From NCBI GenBank assembly GCA_035906055.1, contig JAMIFV010000043.1:455-64454 (forward strand): 64,000 nucleotides of DNA, given 5' to 3'. The translations under genes and the position numbers were made by a program. The notes under the pieces were generated by a model. That model did not search any database. It was not told where the DNA came from and saw only the letters and a list, made by a program, of their open reading frames with translations. The DNA comes from Alphaproteobacteria bacterium. GTDB lineage: Bacteria; Pseudomonadota; Alphaproteobacteria; Rickettsiales; JABCZZ01. How positions within the stretch are numbered: the stretch's first letter is position 1; the number at the start of each line of letters is the position of its first letter. Shown piece after piece: positions 1-10,199 of this stretch.

Positions 1-459
1 GATGATTTCCGTCACGGCAACCCCCTTGCCGCGCAAATCCGCGGCAATATCAGTTGCAACATCCGCCCCACGCGCATACAGCAGCGGGCCTTGCTTCGGG
101 TCATACTGTTTCAGGATATATTCCGTAAGCGCCCGGGCGTTGCCACCTGCGTCGGCTACCGCCGAAAATCCGGCAGCTTTTGCTTCCCCCGCCGTTGCCG
201 CTCCCACCGCGCACAGGGGTATGGCTCGTCCCGCATGCTGGCGGGCGAGCATACGCACGGCATGCCTGCTGGTAACGCATATCGCTTGCGGGGATTGCCG
301 CACTATCGCAGCCTCGAGTTGGGGCACGCATTGCATGATCGGCCTGATATCCAGCATCGGCACAAGATAAGTGGCATATCCCTTGGCCTGCAGCTCCAGG
401 GCAAGCTTCTGCGCATCTTGCAGCGGCCGCGTAACCGCAACGCTTTTTATGCCAGACAT
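1..459 (-). CDS. hemD: uroporphyrinogen-III synthase (HemD), N-terminal part; runs off left edge
   Basis: Not in the ORF track because it has no stop in the window. Manual translation from ATG at 459 gives MSGIKSVAVTRPLQDAQKLALELQAKGYATYLVPMLDIRPI...ICVTSRHAVRML...LCAVGAATAGEAKAAGF...LLYARGADVATDIAADLRGKGVAVTEII, 153 codons with no stop. The pattern is HemD-like. It overlaps the hemC stop by 13 nt, in the usual hemC-hemD order. Confidence 0.75.
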   Translation of the reverse strand, partial: MSGIKSVAVTRPLQDAQKLALELQAKGYATYLVPMLDIRPIMQCVPQLEAAIVRQSPQAICVTSRHAVRMLARQHAGRAIPLCAVGAATAGEAKAAGFSAVADAGGNARALTEYILKQYDPKQGPLLYARGADVATDIAADLRGKGVAVTEII

Positions 460-1358
460 TCCCTGCCGCCCCTTGCCAGCAGGTCGCCCGCAAGCTCTTT
501 ACCAAGGCGCGCGGCATCGCCCACCGCCCCGCGCATTTCACCTTTTACATGGTGTGTGCCATCAGGCTTTGCCACCAGCGCCGTCATGCTGACCGTATCT
601 CCCTCCACGACCGCATGCGCGGCAATGGGAGTGCGGCAGGATCCGTCCAGAGCGGCAAGCAGGCTGCGCTCCGCAGTCGCCGCAAACCAGCTTGGCTGGT
701 GGTTGAGTTGTGCCAGCATCGCATTCACCTTGCCGTCGCGTGTCCTGCTTTCAATGGCGATGATGCCCTGCCCCACCGCTGGAATAAACTGTCCTGCATC
801 CAGCCGCTCGCTGATCACATGCGCAAGCCCCAGGCGCTCAAGCCCGGCCACCGCCAGTATCGTTGCATCCGCCACATCATTCGCCAGTTTATCAAGCCGC
901 GTATTCACATTGCCGCGTAACGGCACGATCTCAAGGTCAGGGCGCAGCATTTTCAATATCGCCGACCTGCGCAACGACGACGTGCCGACACGCGCGCCCC
1001 TGCCAAGCGTTGCCAGTCCGCCCTGCCTGTCATTCATCACCAGCGCATCGCGCGCATCGGCGCGCGGCAGCACGGCGGACAGCCGGAGTTCGCCCTTCAC
1101 ATGGGTTTCCATGTCCTTGAGCGAATGCACGGCAATATCCACGCGGCCGCTCAGCATGGCCTCTTCCAGCTCCCGGGTGAACAGCCCCTTGCCCCCTATA
1201 TCGGCCAACGGCCTGTCGGTGCGCAGATCCCCGGTCGTGTCCATAGGGCATAATTCAACGCTTAATCCCTCAAATGCCTGCAATAAAGCACTCTGCACCA
1301 GCCTGGCCTGATGCAGGGCAAGGGGGCTTTTTCGCGTTCCTATGCGGATAATATCCAT
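447..1358 (-). CDS. hemC: porphobilinogen deaminase (hydroxymethylbilane synthase)
   Basis: 303 aa; IRIGTRKSPLALHQA...DTTGD...LADIGGKGLFTRELEEAML...DIAVHSLKD motifs typical of HemC. Confidence 0.95.
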   Translation of the reverse strand: MDIIRIGTRKSPLALHQARLVQSALLQAFEGLSVELCPMDTTGDLRTDRPLADIGGKGLFTRELEEAMLSGRVDIAVHSLKDMETHVKGELRLSAVLPRADARDALVMNDRQGGLATLGRGARVGTSSLRRSAILKMLRPDLEIVPLRGNVNTRLDKLANDVADATILAVAGLERLGLAHVISERLDAGQFIPAVGQGIIAIESRTRDGKVNAMLAQLNHQPSWFAATAERSLLAALDGSCRTPIAAHAVVEGDTVSMTALVAKPDGTHHVKGEMRGAVGDAARLGKELAGDLLARGGRECLA

Positions 1359-1423
1359 AAAACCACTTGTGCTGATGCGCTTTCAGGCCTTATTTAACAG
1401 CAAACCCTTATTAAGCCAAGGAT

Positions 1424-2446
1424 ATGCGTGTTCTGGGAATAGAATCCAGCTGTGATGAAACCGCAGCTGCCATTGTGACCTCCGGCAAGGAGATACTCTC
1501 CAGCGTTGTGCTCTCGCAGACCGAAGCCCATGCCCCTTATGGCGGCGTGGTGCCCGAGATCGCGGCGCGATCACATATTGAGCATATCGACCATGTGATA
1601 ACCCATGCGCTGCTGCAGGCAAACTGCCAGTGGCCGGATATTGACGCGGTTGCCGCAACCACCGGCCCCGGGCTTATCGGCGGGGTTATCGTGGGCACGA
1701 TGGCAGGCAAGGCGATTGCCTCAGTGCTGAAAAAGCCTTTTATCGCAGTCAATCACCTCGAAGGGCATGCATTGACCGCGCGCCTTACCGGCGATGTGGA
1801 GTTCCCTTTCCTGCTCATGCTGATGTCCGGCGGGCATTGTCAGGTACTGCTGGTAAACGGCGTGGGCCAGTATGAAAAGCTTGGCGGCACGCTGGACGAT
1901 GCAGCAGGCGAAGCGTTTGACAAAACGGCAAAGCTGCTTGGCCTTCCCTTCCCCGGCGGCCCGGCTGTGGAGAAAGCGGCGCACGCAGGCGATCCGCACC
2001 GGTTTACGTTTCCCATCCCCCTCAAAGGGCGCGAAGGGTGTAATTTTTCTTTCTCCGGCCTTAAAACCGCCGTGAGGATCGCCGCGCTGGAGCGCAAGAC
2101 CAGCGAAGGTATATCTTCACGGAACGTGGCGGATATCTGCGCTTCGTTCCAATATACGGTGGGCGAGATACTCATGGACAGGCTGAACAACGCCTTGCAG
2201 CTTGCCTCCGGCAACGAACAATGCCGCACGCTGGTGATGGCAGGCGGTGTTGCCGCCAACCAGTATCTGCGTGAAAAGATAAAACAAAAAGCCGATGAGT
2301 TCGGATTCACATTAATGTGCCCGCCACTCTCACTGTGCACCGATAATGCCGCCATGATCGCATGGGCGGGCATTGAACAGCTGCAACTGGGAAAAACCAG
2401 CAGCCTTGATACTGAACCCCGCGCGCGCTGGCCACTCGCCGCATAG
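1424..2446 (+). CDS. tsaD: tRNA N6-adenosine threonylcarbamoyltransferase TsaD
   Basis: 340 aa; MRVLGIESSCDETAAAIV..., VNHLEGH, SGGHCQ motifs of Kae1/TsaD family. Confidence 0.95.
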   Translation: MRVLGIESSCDETAAAIVTSGKEILSSVVLSQTEAHAPYGGVVPEIAARSHIEHIDHVITHALLQANCQWPDIDAVAATTGPGLIGGVIVGTMAGKAIASVLKKPFIAVNHLEGHALTARLTGDVEFPFLLMLMSGGHCQVLLVNGVGQYEKLGGTLDDAAGEAFDKTAKLLGLPFPGGPAVEKAAHAGDPHRFTFPIPLKGREGCNFSFSGLKTAVRIAALERKTSEGISSRNVADICASFQYTVGEILMDRLNNALQLASGNEQCRTLVMAGGVAANQYLREKIKQKADEFGFTLMCPPLSLCTDNAAMIAWAGIEQLQLGKTSSLDTEPRARWPLAA

Positions 2447-2527
2447 AAACATTACTCTGGAATGTTTACAAAAACCCTAAAGTGCAATAGTATACGGCAG
2501 GTTTTATTATTACCTTACCTATGAGAA

Positions 2528-2905
2528 ATGCATATGGCAGTGCTTGAGAGCTTACGACACATTGGCAAACGCTGGCGCGACAGCGCCCACCCCTCCATGA
2601 TGGGCATGAACTACCGCAGTTACGGCCCCAAGATGGGGTTGCCCGATTATGATGCATTCATGCAGCGCGCCAACGCATTCTACGATGAAAGCATGACCGC
2701 GAAAGAAAAAGGCGATATCCGTTACAGATTCGTCTCACTTGAAAAAGACAAACTCGGCATCGACTTTGACAATGGCGAGCTGCGCGGCATCTTTACCCGG
2801 GACGGCACGCCGTTATCGTTCTTCTCACCTAAACTGCGCGAGAACCTCAACCCCATGCAGCGTGAAGTGGAAGTAGCGGACTTCCTGCAGGTAAGCCCTT
2901 ACTGA
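2528..2905 (+). CDS. hypothetical protein
   Basis: 125-aa ORF in an otherwise empty intergenic slot with plausible composition. I recognise no family. Confidence 0.4.
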   Translation: MHMAVLESLRHIGKRWRDSAHPSMMGMNYRSYGPKMGLPDYDAFMQRANAFYDESMTAKEKGDIRYRFVSLEKDKLGIDFDNGELRGIFTRDGTPLSFFSPKLRENLNPMQREVEVADFLQVSPY

Positions 2906-2945
2906 TACTGACCCTACAGTATGCGTGAAGGGAACCGCTTTCCTT

Positions 2946-3725
2946 TTAAAAGCCCGTTATCATAATCAGGCTGCACACATTGGTATTGCTGGTGCTGTAG
3001 GTTGCTGTAACTGCGGTGGAACTGGCGCAGGTGGAACTGTACGCGCCGTTCTTCCACGTACGGATGGTGCCAAGGGCAGGTTTTCCGTCATCGAATTTAG
3101 AGTCGATGCCCTGAGCTTCCGGCCCGGTGATTACTGCGGCATATGGCGGCGAGCTGGAATAGCTCGCGCCGAAATACACCACATGCCCGTAGATGCCGTC
3201 AAAAGCATACGTATCGCTGCTAAGCGTGCCGCGATAGGAAAGGCCGAAACCTGAATTGCCGACGCGACTGCGCGGCGCATTGGTGCCCAGCGTATGTGTC
3301 GCGCCGGTAATACCGGTAAACGCGCCCTGTATCATCTTTGCATTGGCAAGATGCTGCCATACGCGCAACGTTTCATTGGCGTAGGTGCCGGTATAGTTGA
3401 TCTGCCCGTCGCCGTTGCCGCTGCAGGTAGCCACGCTGGTGGCAGAACCCGCCGCATAGCAGGTGGCGTCATTACCCAGCGAGCCAGCCGCAATGCCCCA
3501 GTAAGACGTGGCGTTCGCCATGTCACCGGGAAGTGACGAATACTTCCGCTGGAAGGCGATAGCCGCGTCTTTATATTTCTGCATGTCCACTATGATACTG
3601 CTCACTTCCGACTGGCGCAGCAGCGAGCGGCCTGTAGCCACGCTGCCGATAAGCAGACCGATTATGACCAGAACCACTGCCAGTTCGACAAGGCTGAAAC
3701 CACGCATCTTATAAACCGACTTCAT
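2946..3725 (-). CDS. prepilin-type N-terminal cleavage/methylation domain protein (type IV pilin/pseudopilin-like)
   Basis: 259 aa. N-terminus MKSVYKMRG|FSLVELAVVLVIIGLLIG has the class III signal: G at -1, F at +1, E at +5, then a hydrophobic helix. The C-terminal part has paired Cys residues. Confidence 0.8.
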   Translation of the reverse strand: MKSVYKMRGFSLVELAVVLVIIGLLIGSVATGRSLLRQSEVSSIIVDMQKYKDAAIAFQRKYSSLPGDMANATSYWGIAAGSLGNDATCYAAGSATSVATCSGNGDGQINYTGTYANETLRVWQHLANAKMIQGAFTGITGATHTLGTNAPRSRVGNSGFGLSYRGTLSSDTYAFDGIYGHVVYFGASYSSSPPYAAVITGPEAQGIDSKFDDGKPALGTIRTWKNGAYSSTCASSTAVTATYSTSNTNVCSLIMITGF

Positions 3726-3814
3726 ATGATAAACTTCCCTATTTAGTAGTAGCTGCCAGAGGCTATCCCCTCAATTATATTTCGCCTTGTATAGCGCAAT
3801 AACATGCTGGCATG

Positions 3815-4564
3815 CTAGAAATTTTTTGCGCTTCCCACCGGGTTGGCCGCAGGTATGTAGATCCGGCGCACGCTGCGGCTGGCTTTCTGCGCTATGGGAG
3901 CATATATCCTTTTTTCCGCTTCCAGCACCAGCAGCCCGCCGATCGCCGGGAAGAAACGGCGGCCAACAGACTCCATAAACTTCGCAGCGCGCAGAATATA
4001 GCGCCTGCCGCTGGGCGGGAAGAACAGCGCGTTAGTGTGCTTCAGCGGGGTGAAGGAATGCTCGGATAACACTTCACGAAGCTGGTGCAGCGTGTACGGC
4101 AGCCCGTAAGCGAACGGGCTGCGCGGCGCGCGCGCCCAGATACCGCGGCGATTGGGCGCCACCACCAGCACCCTGCCGCCCGGCGCCAGCACGCGCCATA
4201 TCTCGCTGAGCATGCCGCGCACATGTTCGCTGTTCTCGATTGCATGTACCACCAGCACGCGATGTACGCTGTTATCGGGCAAGGGAAGCTCCGCTTCGTC
4301 GGAAAGCATCGTGAGGTTGCGCGCCTGCGGCGGCCAGTGGATGACCCCCTGCTGCGCGGGCATGCACGCGATCACGCGCTGCGACTGCCCGATATAACCC
4401 ACCAGATACGGCGTGGTGAACCCGATGCCCAGCAGGACTTCGTCACGCGTTTCCGGCCAGTAATCATGCACCTGCCGCCACACGGCATTGCAGACGAACT
4501 GCCCCAGGGGGGAAGAATAGAACTCTTTCAGGGCAACTACATCAGGCCAAAGCATGGCTGGCAT
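3815..4564 (-). CDS. class I SAM-dependent methyltransferase
   Basis: 249 aa; VLLGIGF...HRVLVVHAIENSEHVRGMLSEIWRVLAPGGRVLVVAPNRRG resembles the Methyltransf_11 type fold. Confidence 0.7.
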   Translation of the reverse strand: MPAMLWPDVVALKEFYSSPLGQFVCNAVWRQVHDYWPETRDEVLLGIGFTTPYLVGYIGQSQRVIACMPAQQGVIHWPPQARNLTMLSDEAELPLPDNSVHRVLVVHAIENSEHVRGMLSEIWRVLAPGGRVLVVAPNRRGIWARAPRSPFAYGLPYTLHQLREVLSEHSFTPLKHTNALFFPPSGRRYILRAAKFMESVGRRFFPAIGGLLVLEAEKRIYAPIAQKASRSVRRIYIPAANPVGSAKNF

Positions 4565-4615
4565 TTTACCAGACTGAAGGCACGCTGTCGCGTGGTGATT
4601 GAAGCAGAAAACCCT

Positions 4616-5845
4616 TTATTTCGTGAGCGATTGCATAGGCTCTTGCATGCGTCCCATAAAATAGATGGCACCGTTCTTTGCATCCCTCAGCAAAAAGATG
4701 AACGGATGGTCCGCCCTGAACTCCTTCACGACGGGCACGGAACTGACACCCGCCATAACAGCCGTCGCGGCAGCCGCTTCGGTTCCCTGCTCATCCACCT
4801 CCACGAACGCCTTCTGGACAACGTCGCTGATGTACAGTTCACGCTTGCCGGTCATGCCGGAAAAATCCGCATGCTCCGGATCAAACGCCGCTTTCATACC
4901 AAGCTCGGGCAGTATCTTGGAAAAGCTGTACTGCGACTCAAGCCTGAAACGCGGCAGCGCGATATCCACATGCACTCCCCGTTTCAGTTCACCCAGTACG
5001 TTATTAAGCATCTGCGGGGTGAGAGATTGTTCGAACGCATCCATCCCCCCCCTGTCGCGAGGCAGCAGCACCACCATTTCAATGTCGCCGCCCTTATAAG
5101 GTATTGCCACCGCCTGCAGTATGTCGTTATCGGCATAAGTGCAATCATTACAGGTGCGCCGCATCATCCATGCGCGGCTTGTCTGCGCAGGATTGACATA
5201 AAAATCTTCCTCATGCGTTGCGGACTTCTCAAACGGATTCTGCCAGTCGGCCTTGAAATACACCGCATTGGTCAGCACAAGGCGCACATTTGTCAACGCA
5301 TTGGCGGAAACAAGGTCTTTGATGCGGCTTTGTGTCTTGCCCTCCACCCAGCGGTTGATGGTATCGGCAGCGCCCGGCGCATCTTTTTCAAAATCGACAT
5401 TGCTGGCATTCGCGTCGTAATTATCCTTCAGCAGACTGGTATAGGAAGGCAGCAGCTCATAATCCTTCTGCACCCAGACGGCGTTGGCGGTCTGGAGCGT
5501 GTACGCCCCCGAAGCGCTGCGCGCGTTCTTTTCCTTGATCAGCTCTGACATTGTGGCAGCTATGTAATCGCTGCTCATTTGCAGGTGCAGCACAGTCTGC
5601 ATTTCTGACGCGGTGGTATCTTTTGCCCCGGCGAGAGTCATCGCCAACGCCTGCGAGAGGCTCTCCGGTGAAAAGAACACATTCCCCTTCTCCGCCTTCA
5701 GTTTGCCATAAAGGTCTGTGGCGAAGTCATTGCCTGCAGCAATGGCTACAGCTTTTTCCGTATCGGTTATCGTGGACTTTGGCGTTTCCTGCGCGATGGC
5801 CTGTGTTGCTACAAACATCGCGAGTGTGGGCAATATATAACGCAT
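4616..5845 (-). CDS. secreted serpin (serine protease inhibitor family)
   Basis: 409 aa. Signal-peptide-like MRYILPTLAMFVATQAIAQE. Serpin core motifs are NVFFSPESLSQALAMTLAGA, NAVYFKADW, and hinge/RCL EQGTEAAAATAVMAGVSSVPVVKEFRADHPFIFLL. Confidence 0.9.
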   Translation of the reverse strand: MRYILPTLAMFVATQAIAQETPKSTITDTEKAVAIAAGNDFATDLYGKLKAEKGNVFFSPESLSQALAMTLAGAKDTTASEMQTVLHLQMSSDYIAATMSELIKEKNARSASGAYTLQTANAVWVQKDYELLPSYTSLLKDNYDANASNVDFEKDAPGAADTINRWVEGKTQSRIKDLVSANALTNVRLVLTNAVYFKADWQNPFEKSATHEEDFYVNPAQTSRAWMMRRTCNDCTYADNDILQAVAIPYKGGDIEMVVLLPRDRGGMDAFEQSLTPQMLNNVLGELKRGVHVDIALPRFRLESQYSFSKILPELGMKAAFDPEHADFSGMTGKRELYISDVVQKAFVEVDEQGTEAAAATAVMAGVSSVPVVKEFRADHPFIFLLRDAKNGAIYFMGRMQEPMQSLTK

Positions 5846-5854
5846 GGAAGACTC

Positions 5855-6136
5855 CTATACTGTTGGAAGTTGCTTAAAGCCTTTATCTGTTATTCCCTGT
5901 GCGGACTCTACATCCACCGAATCCACTTGTGACGCGGGCGGGCCTTCATGGCAGGCAGCTATAAGCTCCTGCACCTGCGCTTCTGTGCCTACGCACAATG
6001 CTTCCACGCTGCCGTCCTTACGGTTGCGCACAAAACCATCCACCCCGATCCTGCGCGCATGCACCAGCACGAAATTGCGAAACCCAACTCCCTGAACCCT
6101 GCCACGCACGATCAGGCGTTTTGCGATGGGTTCCAT
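5855..6136 (-). CDS. acyP: acylphosphatase
   Basis: 93 aa; VRGRVQGVGFRNFV...GFVRNRKDGSVE signature. Confidence 0.85.
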   Translation of the reverse strand: MEPIAKRLIVRGRVQGVGFRNFVLVHARRIGVDGFVRNRKDGSVEALCVGTEAQVQELIAACHEGPPASQVDSVDVESAQGITDKGFKQLPTV

Positions 6137-6139
6137 GGA

Positions 6140-7651
<1,512 letters not shown>

Positions 7652-8099
7652 TCATGCAAAAATATTCGCTAAAATGCAGAAATATGGCTAAATTAAGCCA
7701 TTGGAACCCTTCGCTTTGTAAGTTATACCTCAGAGACATTCTTTCCCCCGGCTACTCTCCGGGTAAAACCCCTTCCCTCGACACTTCCTTTGAAGCTGTA
7801 GTAGTCTCAGCCGGTAACACGCCGCTCAGTAAGCTAACCATCTCAGACGCAACCGTACTCACCAGCGCGCTTGTTCATAACATCAGCGACACCCCCAGCG
7901 GTTATGAAGCCCATTATACCGCGCTGATGCGGCATATCTGGTGACAGCCGCATTACGGTTACGCCGGAAGCGGAAGGCACGCTCGCTACAGTGTTCATGG
8001 CGCTGAGCAAGCAGTTGAATGGCCAGAAGCGCCAGCGCTAACAGCGGCTGTTCATCCATCGCAAGCGAATGAGCGCTTGGGCAAGGAAGTCTTTGGGGG

Positions 8100-8768
8100 T
8101 CATCCCCTGAATCCGGTCGCCACCAGGAATGTCTCCGCCGAGTCCTGACGCGAGGCCTTGGGCTTCACATGCTTTACCACCGCGAAATGTTTCTTCACCT
8201 CAGCCAGCAGCCCGCTCTGCGCACCGCCCTGCCACACCTTGGCCACGAACACGCCGCCGGGTTTGAGCACTTCGCAGGCGAACTGGAACGCGGCTTCCAC
8301 CAGCACCATGATGCGGATATGGTCGAGGTTCTGGTTGCCCGAAGCATTGGGAGCCATGTCGGAAAGCACGATATCCGCTCTGCCCATTTTCGCCTTGAGG
8401 ATTTCCGGCGCCGCGTCGCCCATGAAGTCCATCATGATGAGGTCAGCCCCCGGCACTGCCGGAATTTCCAGCAGGTCGATACCGATCACATTGCCTTCGC
8501 CGCAGCGCTGCACCGCCACCTGCGCCCAGCCGCCGGGCGCGGCACCGAGGTCCACCACATGCTTACCCTTGGCAAGGAATTGCAGCTTGTCGTCTATCTC
8601 GATGAGTTTAAATGCCGCGCGTGAGCGATAACCTTCCTGCCTGGCCCGCTGCACATAAGGATCATTCAGTTGTCGCTGCAACCAGCGCGCCGACGAATTG
8701 CTGCGGCTCTTCGCGGTCTTTACGCGCACGGTCATGCCGCGCGTGCCCGATTTTTTCTTCTCTGTCAT
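8100..8768 (-). CDS. rlmE: 23S rRNA (uridine-2'-O)-methyltransferase RlmE (FtsJ)
   Basis: WLQRQLNDPYV..A..EGYRSRAAFKLIEIDDK...VVDLGAAPGGWAQV motifs. The track ORF starts at 8795, inside the rplX terminator T-tract, so I prefer MTEKKK at 8768. Confidence 0.9.
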   Translation of the reverse strand: MTEKKKSGTRGMTVRVKTAKSRSNSSARWLQRQLNDPYVQRARQEGYRSRAAFKLIEIDDKLQFLAKGKHVVDLGAAPGGWAQVAVQRCGEGNVIGIDLLEIPAVPGADLIMMDFMGDAAPEILKAKMGRADIVLSDMAPNASGNQNLDHIRIMVLVEAAFQFACEVLKPGGVFVAKVWQGGAQSGLLAEVKKHFAVVKHVKPKASRQDSAETFLVATGFRG

Positions 8769-8792
8769 AGTTTTATATACCAATACCCAGGA

Positions 8793-8825
8793 CAATAAAA
8801 AACCCCTTCTTTATGGGAAGGGGTT
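8793..8825 (-). terminator. Rho-independent terminator after rplX
   Basis: Perfect 9-bp GC-rich stem: 8801-8809 AACCCCTTC pairs with 8817-8825 GAAGGGGTT, with a 7-nt loop. On the minus strand it is followed by TTTTATTG. It lies 26 nt downstream of the rplX stop. Confidence 0.65.
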
Positions 8826-8850
8826 CTTAATTTCAGTATCAAAAAGCCGC

Positions 8851-9174
8851 TTACGCTACGGTCTCACCGGAACGGCGCGCAATACGCACCTTGGAGCCGT
8901 CTGCCTGCAGTTTGTAACCAACGCGGGTGGCTTTGCCTTCTTTGGGGTCAACCAGCGCAACGTTGGAAATGTGCAGGGAAGCTTCCTTGCTGATGATGCC
9001 TGCAGCGCCGTCTTTGTCAGCGCGCTTGTGCTTCTTCATGACGTTCACGCCGGATACCACTACACGGTCGCTCTCGCGGATCACGGAAAGCACTTCACCC
9101 TTCTTGCCCTTGTCTTTGCCGGTGATAACGATCACGTTATCGCCTTTTTTGATTTTCAGTTTTTTCTGCGTCAT
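8851..9174 (-). CDS. rplX: 50S ribosomal protein L24
   Basis: 107 aa; KIKKGDNVIVITGKDKGKKGEV motif. Confidence 0.95.
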   Translation of the reverse strand: MTQKKLKIKKGDNVIVITGKDKGKKGEVLSVIRESDRVVVSGVNVMKKHKRADKDGAAGIISKEASLHISNVALVDPKEGKATRVGYKLQADGSKVRIARRSGETVA

Positions 9175-9183
9175 AAAAAATCC

Positions 9184-9246
9184 GTTGTTCGTTGTTAGTT
9201 ATTGGTTGTTAGTCATCCATGAACGAACAACTAACAACTAACAACC
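9184..9246. repeat. palindromic intergenic element built of GTTGTT(A/C) heptads (family A, copy 1)
   Basis: Sequence gttgttcgttgttagttattggttgttagt-catccatg-aacgaacaactaacaactaacaacc. The arms are self-complementary (GGTTGTTAGT/ACTAACAACC and GTTGTTCGTT/AACGAACAAC). It fills the rplN-rplX spacer. A second copy is at 16086-16149. Confidence 0.6.
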
Positions 9247-9247
9247 G

Positions 9248-9616
9248 TTATAATACTTCCGGCGCGAGCGAAACGATCTTCATGAACGATTTCGCACGCA
9301 GTTCGCGAACTACCGGGCCGAAGATACGGGTGCCGATGGGCTCGTTGTCCTTGCTGATAAGAACGGCCGCGTTGCGGTCGAAGCGGATAGCGCTGCCGTC
9401 CGGGCGGCGTACGGATGCAGCAGTGCGCACGATAACGGCGCGGTGCACCTGGCCCTTCTTCACTTTGCCGCGGGGAATCGCGTCCTTGATGGACACGACG
9501 ATCACGTCACCTACGGTCGCGGTCTTGCGCTTGGAACCACCCAGCACTTTGATGCACTGCACGCGCTTTGCGCCGGAGTTGTCAGCCACATCGAGGTTGG
9601 TTTGCATCTGAATCAT
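9248..9616 (-). CDS. rplN: 50S ribosomal protein L14
   Basis: 122 aa; [17 protein letters not shown]... Confidence 0.97.
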   Translation of the reverse strand: MIQMQTNLDVADNSGAKRVQCIKVLGGSKRKTATVGDVIVVSIKDAIPRGKVKKGQVHRAVIVRTAASVRRPDGSAIRFDRNAAVLISKDNEPIGTRIFGPVVRELRAKSFMKIVSLAPEVL

Positions 9617-9657
9617 AGTCTTGTCCTTTCGATAATCCGCTTAAACGGTCATCATTC

Positions 9658-9888
9658 TTATTCGTAAACCACAGCCCATTTCTTGGATTTGGAGATCGGA
9701 CGGGATTCAACGATCTTCACCGTGTCGCCAACCTTGAACTTGTTCTGCTCGTCATGCGCGGCATATTTTTTGCTGCTGCGAACGGTCTTCTTGTAGATGG
9801 GGTGCGTAAAGCGGCGCTCAACACGAACCGTAACGGTCTTGTCTGCCTTGTCGCTGGTCACTACACCCTGCAATATACGTTTGGGCAT
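9658..9888 (-). CDS. rpsQ: 30S ribosomal protein S17
   Basis: 76 aa; [27 protein letters not shown]. Confidence 0.95.
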   Translation of the reverse strand: MPKRILQGVVTSDKADKTVTVRVERRFTHPIYKKTVRSSKKYAAHDEQNKFKVGDTVKIVESRPISKSKKWAVVYE

Positions 9889-9897
9889 GATCTACTC

Positions 9898-10197
9898 CTA
9901 TTCAGCTTTCTTTTTAGCAGGCGCTTTTTTCGCCTTGGTTTCTTTGGCAGCACTTGCGGGAGCCTTAGCCTTGGCTGCTTTAGCAGGCTTGGCTGCGCCA
10001 GCATTTTTCTGCTGGGGATCGTTCATCACCGTCTTGATACGGGCGATCTCTTTGCGTACGGCGCTGAAGCGCGAAACCTTCACGGTCTCGCCGCTGGCGG
10101 ACTGGAAACGCAGGTTGAAAAGCTCTTTCCTGAGGGTAACAGCCATTTCCTTCAGTTCATCGGCAGTCTTGCCGCGAATATCAGCAATCTGGGTCAT
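9898..10197 (-). CDS. rpmC: 50S ribosomal protein L29 with Lys/Ala-rich C-terminal extension
   Basis: 99 aa. The first ~60 aa (IRGKTADELKEMAVTLRKELFNLRFQ...) are L29. The tail is AKPAKAAKAKAPASAAKETKAKKAPAKKKAE. Confidence 0.9.
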   Translation of the reverse strand: MTQIADIRGKTADELKEMAVTLRKELFNLRFQSASGETVKVSRFSAVRKEIARIKTVMNDPQQKNAGAAKPAKAAKAKAPASAAKETKAKKAPAKKKAE

Positions 10198-10199
10198 AC

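Noticed and set aside
101-541. 146-aa minus-strand ORF overlapping the left end.
   Set aside because: It is in a different frame from the convincing HemD reading frame (ATG 459 to the window edge). Its sequence is Cys/Arg/Ala-rich and unlike any family.
7654-7944. 96-aa plus-strand ORF in the guaB-rlmE gap.
   Set aside because: It has no RBS, an odd composition and no recognisable motif. It is kept only as part of the unexplained-gap finding.
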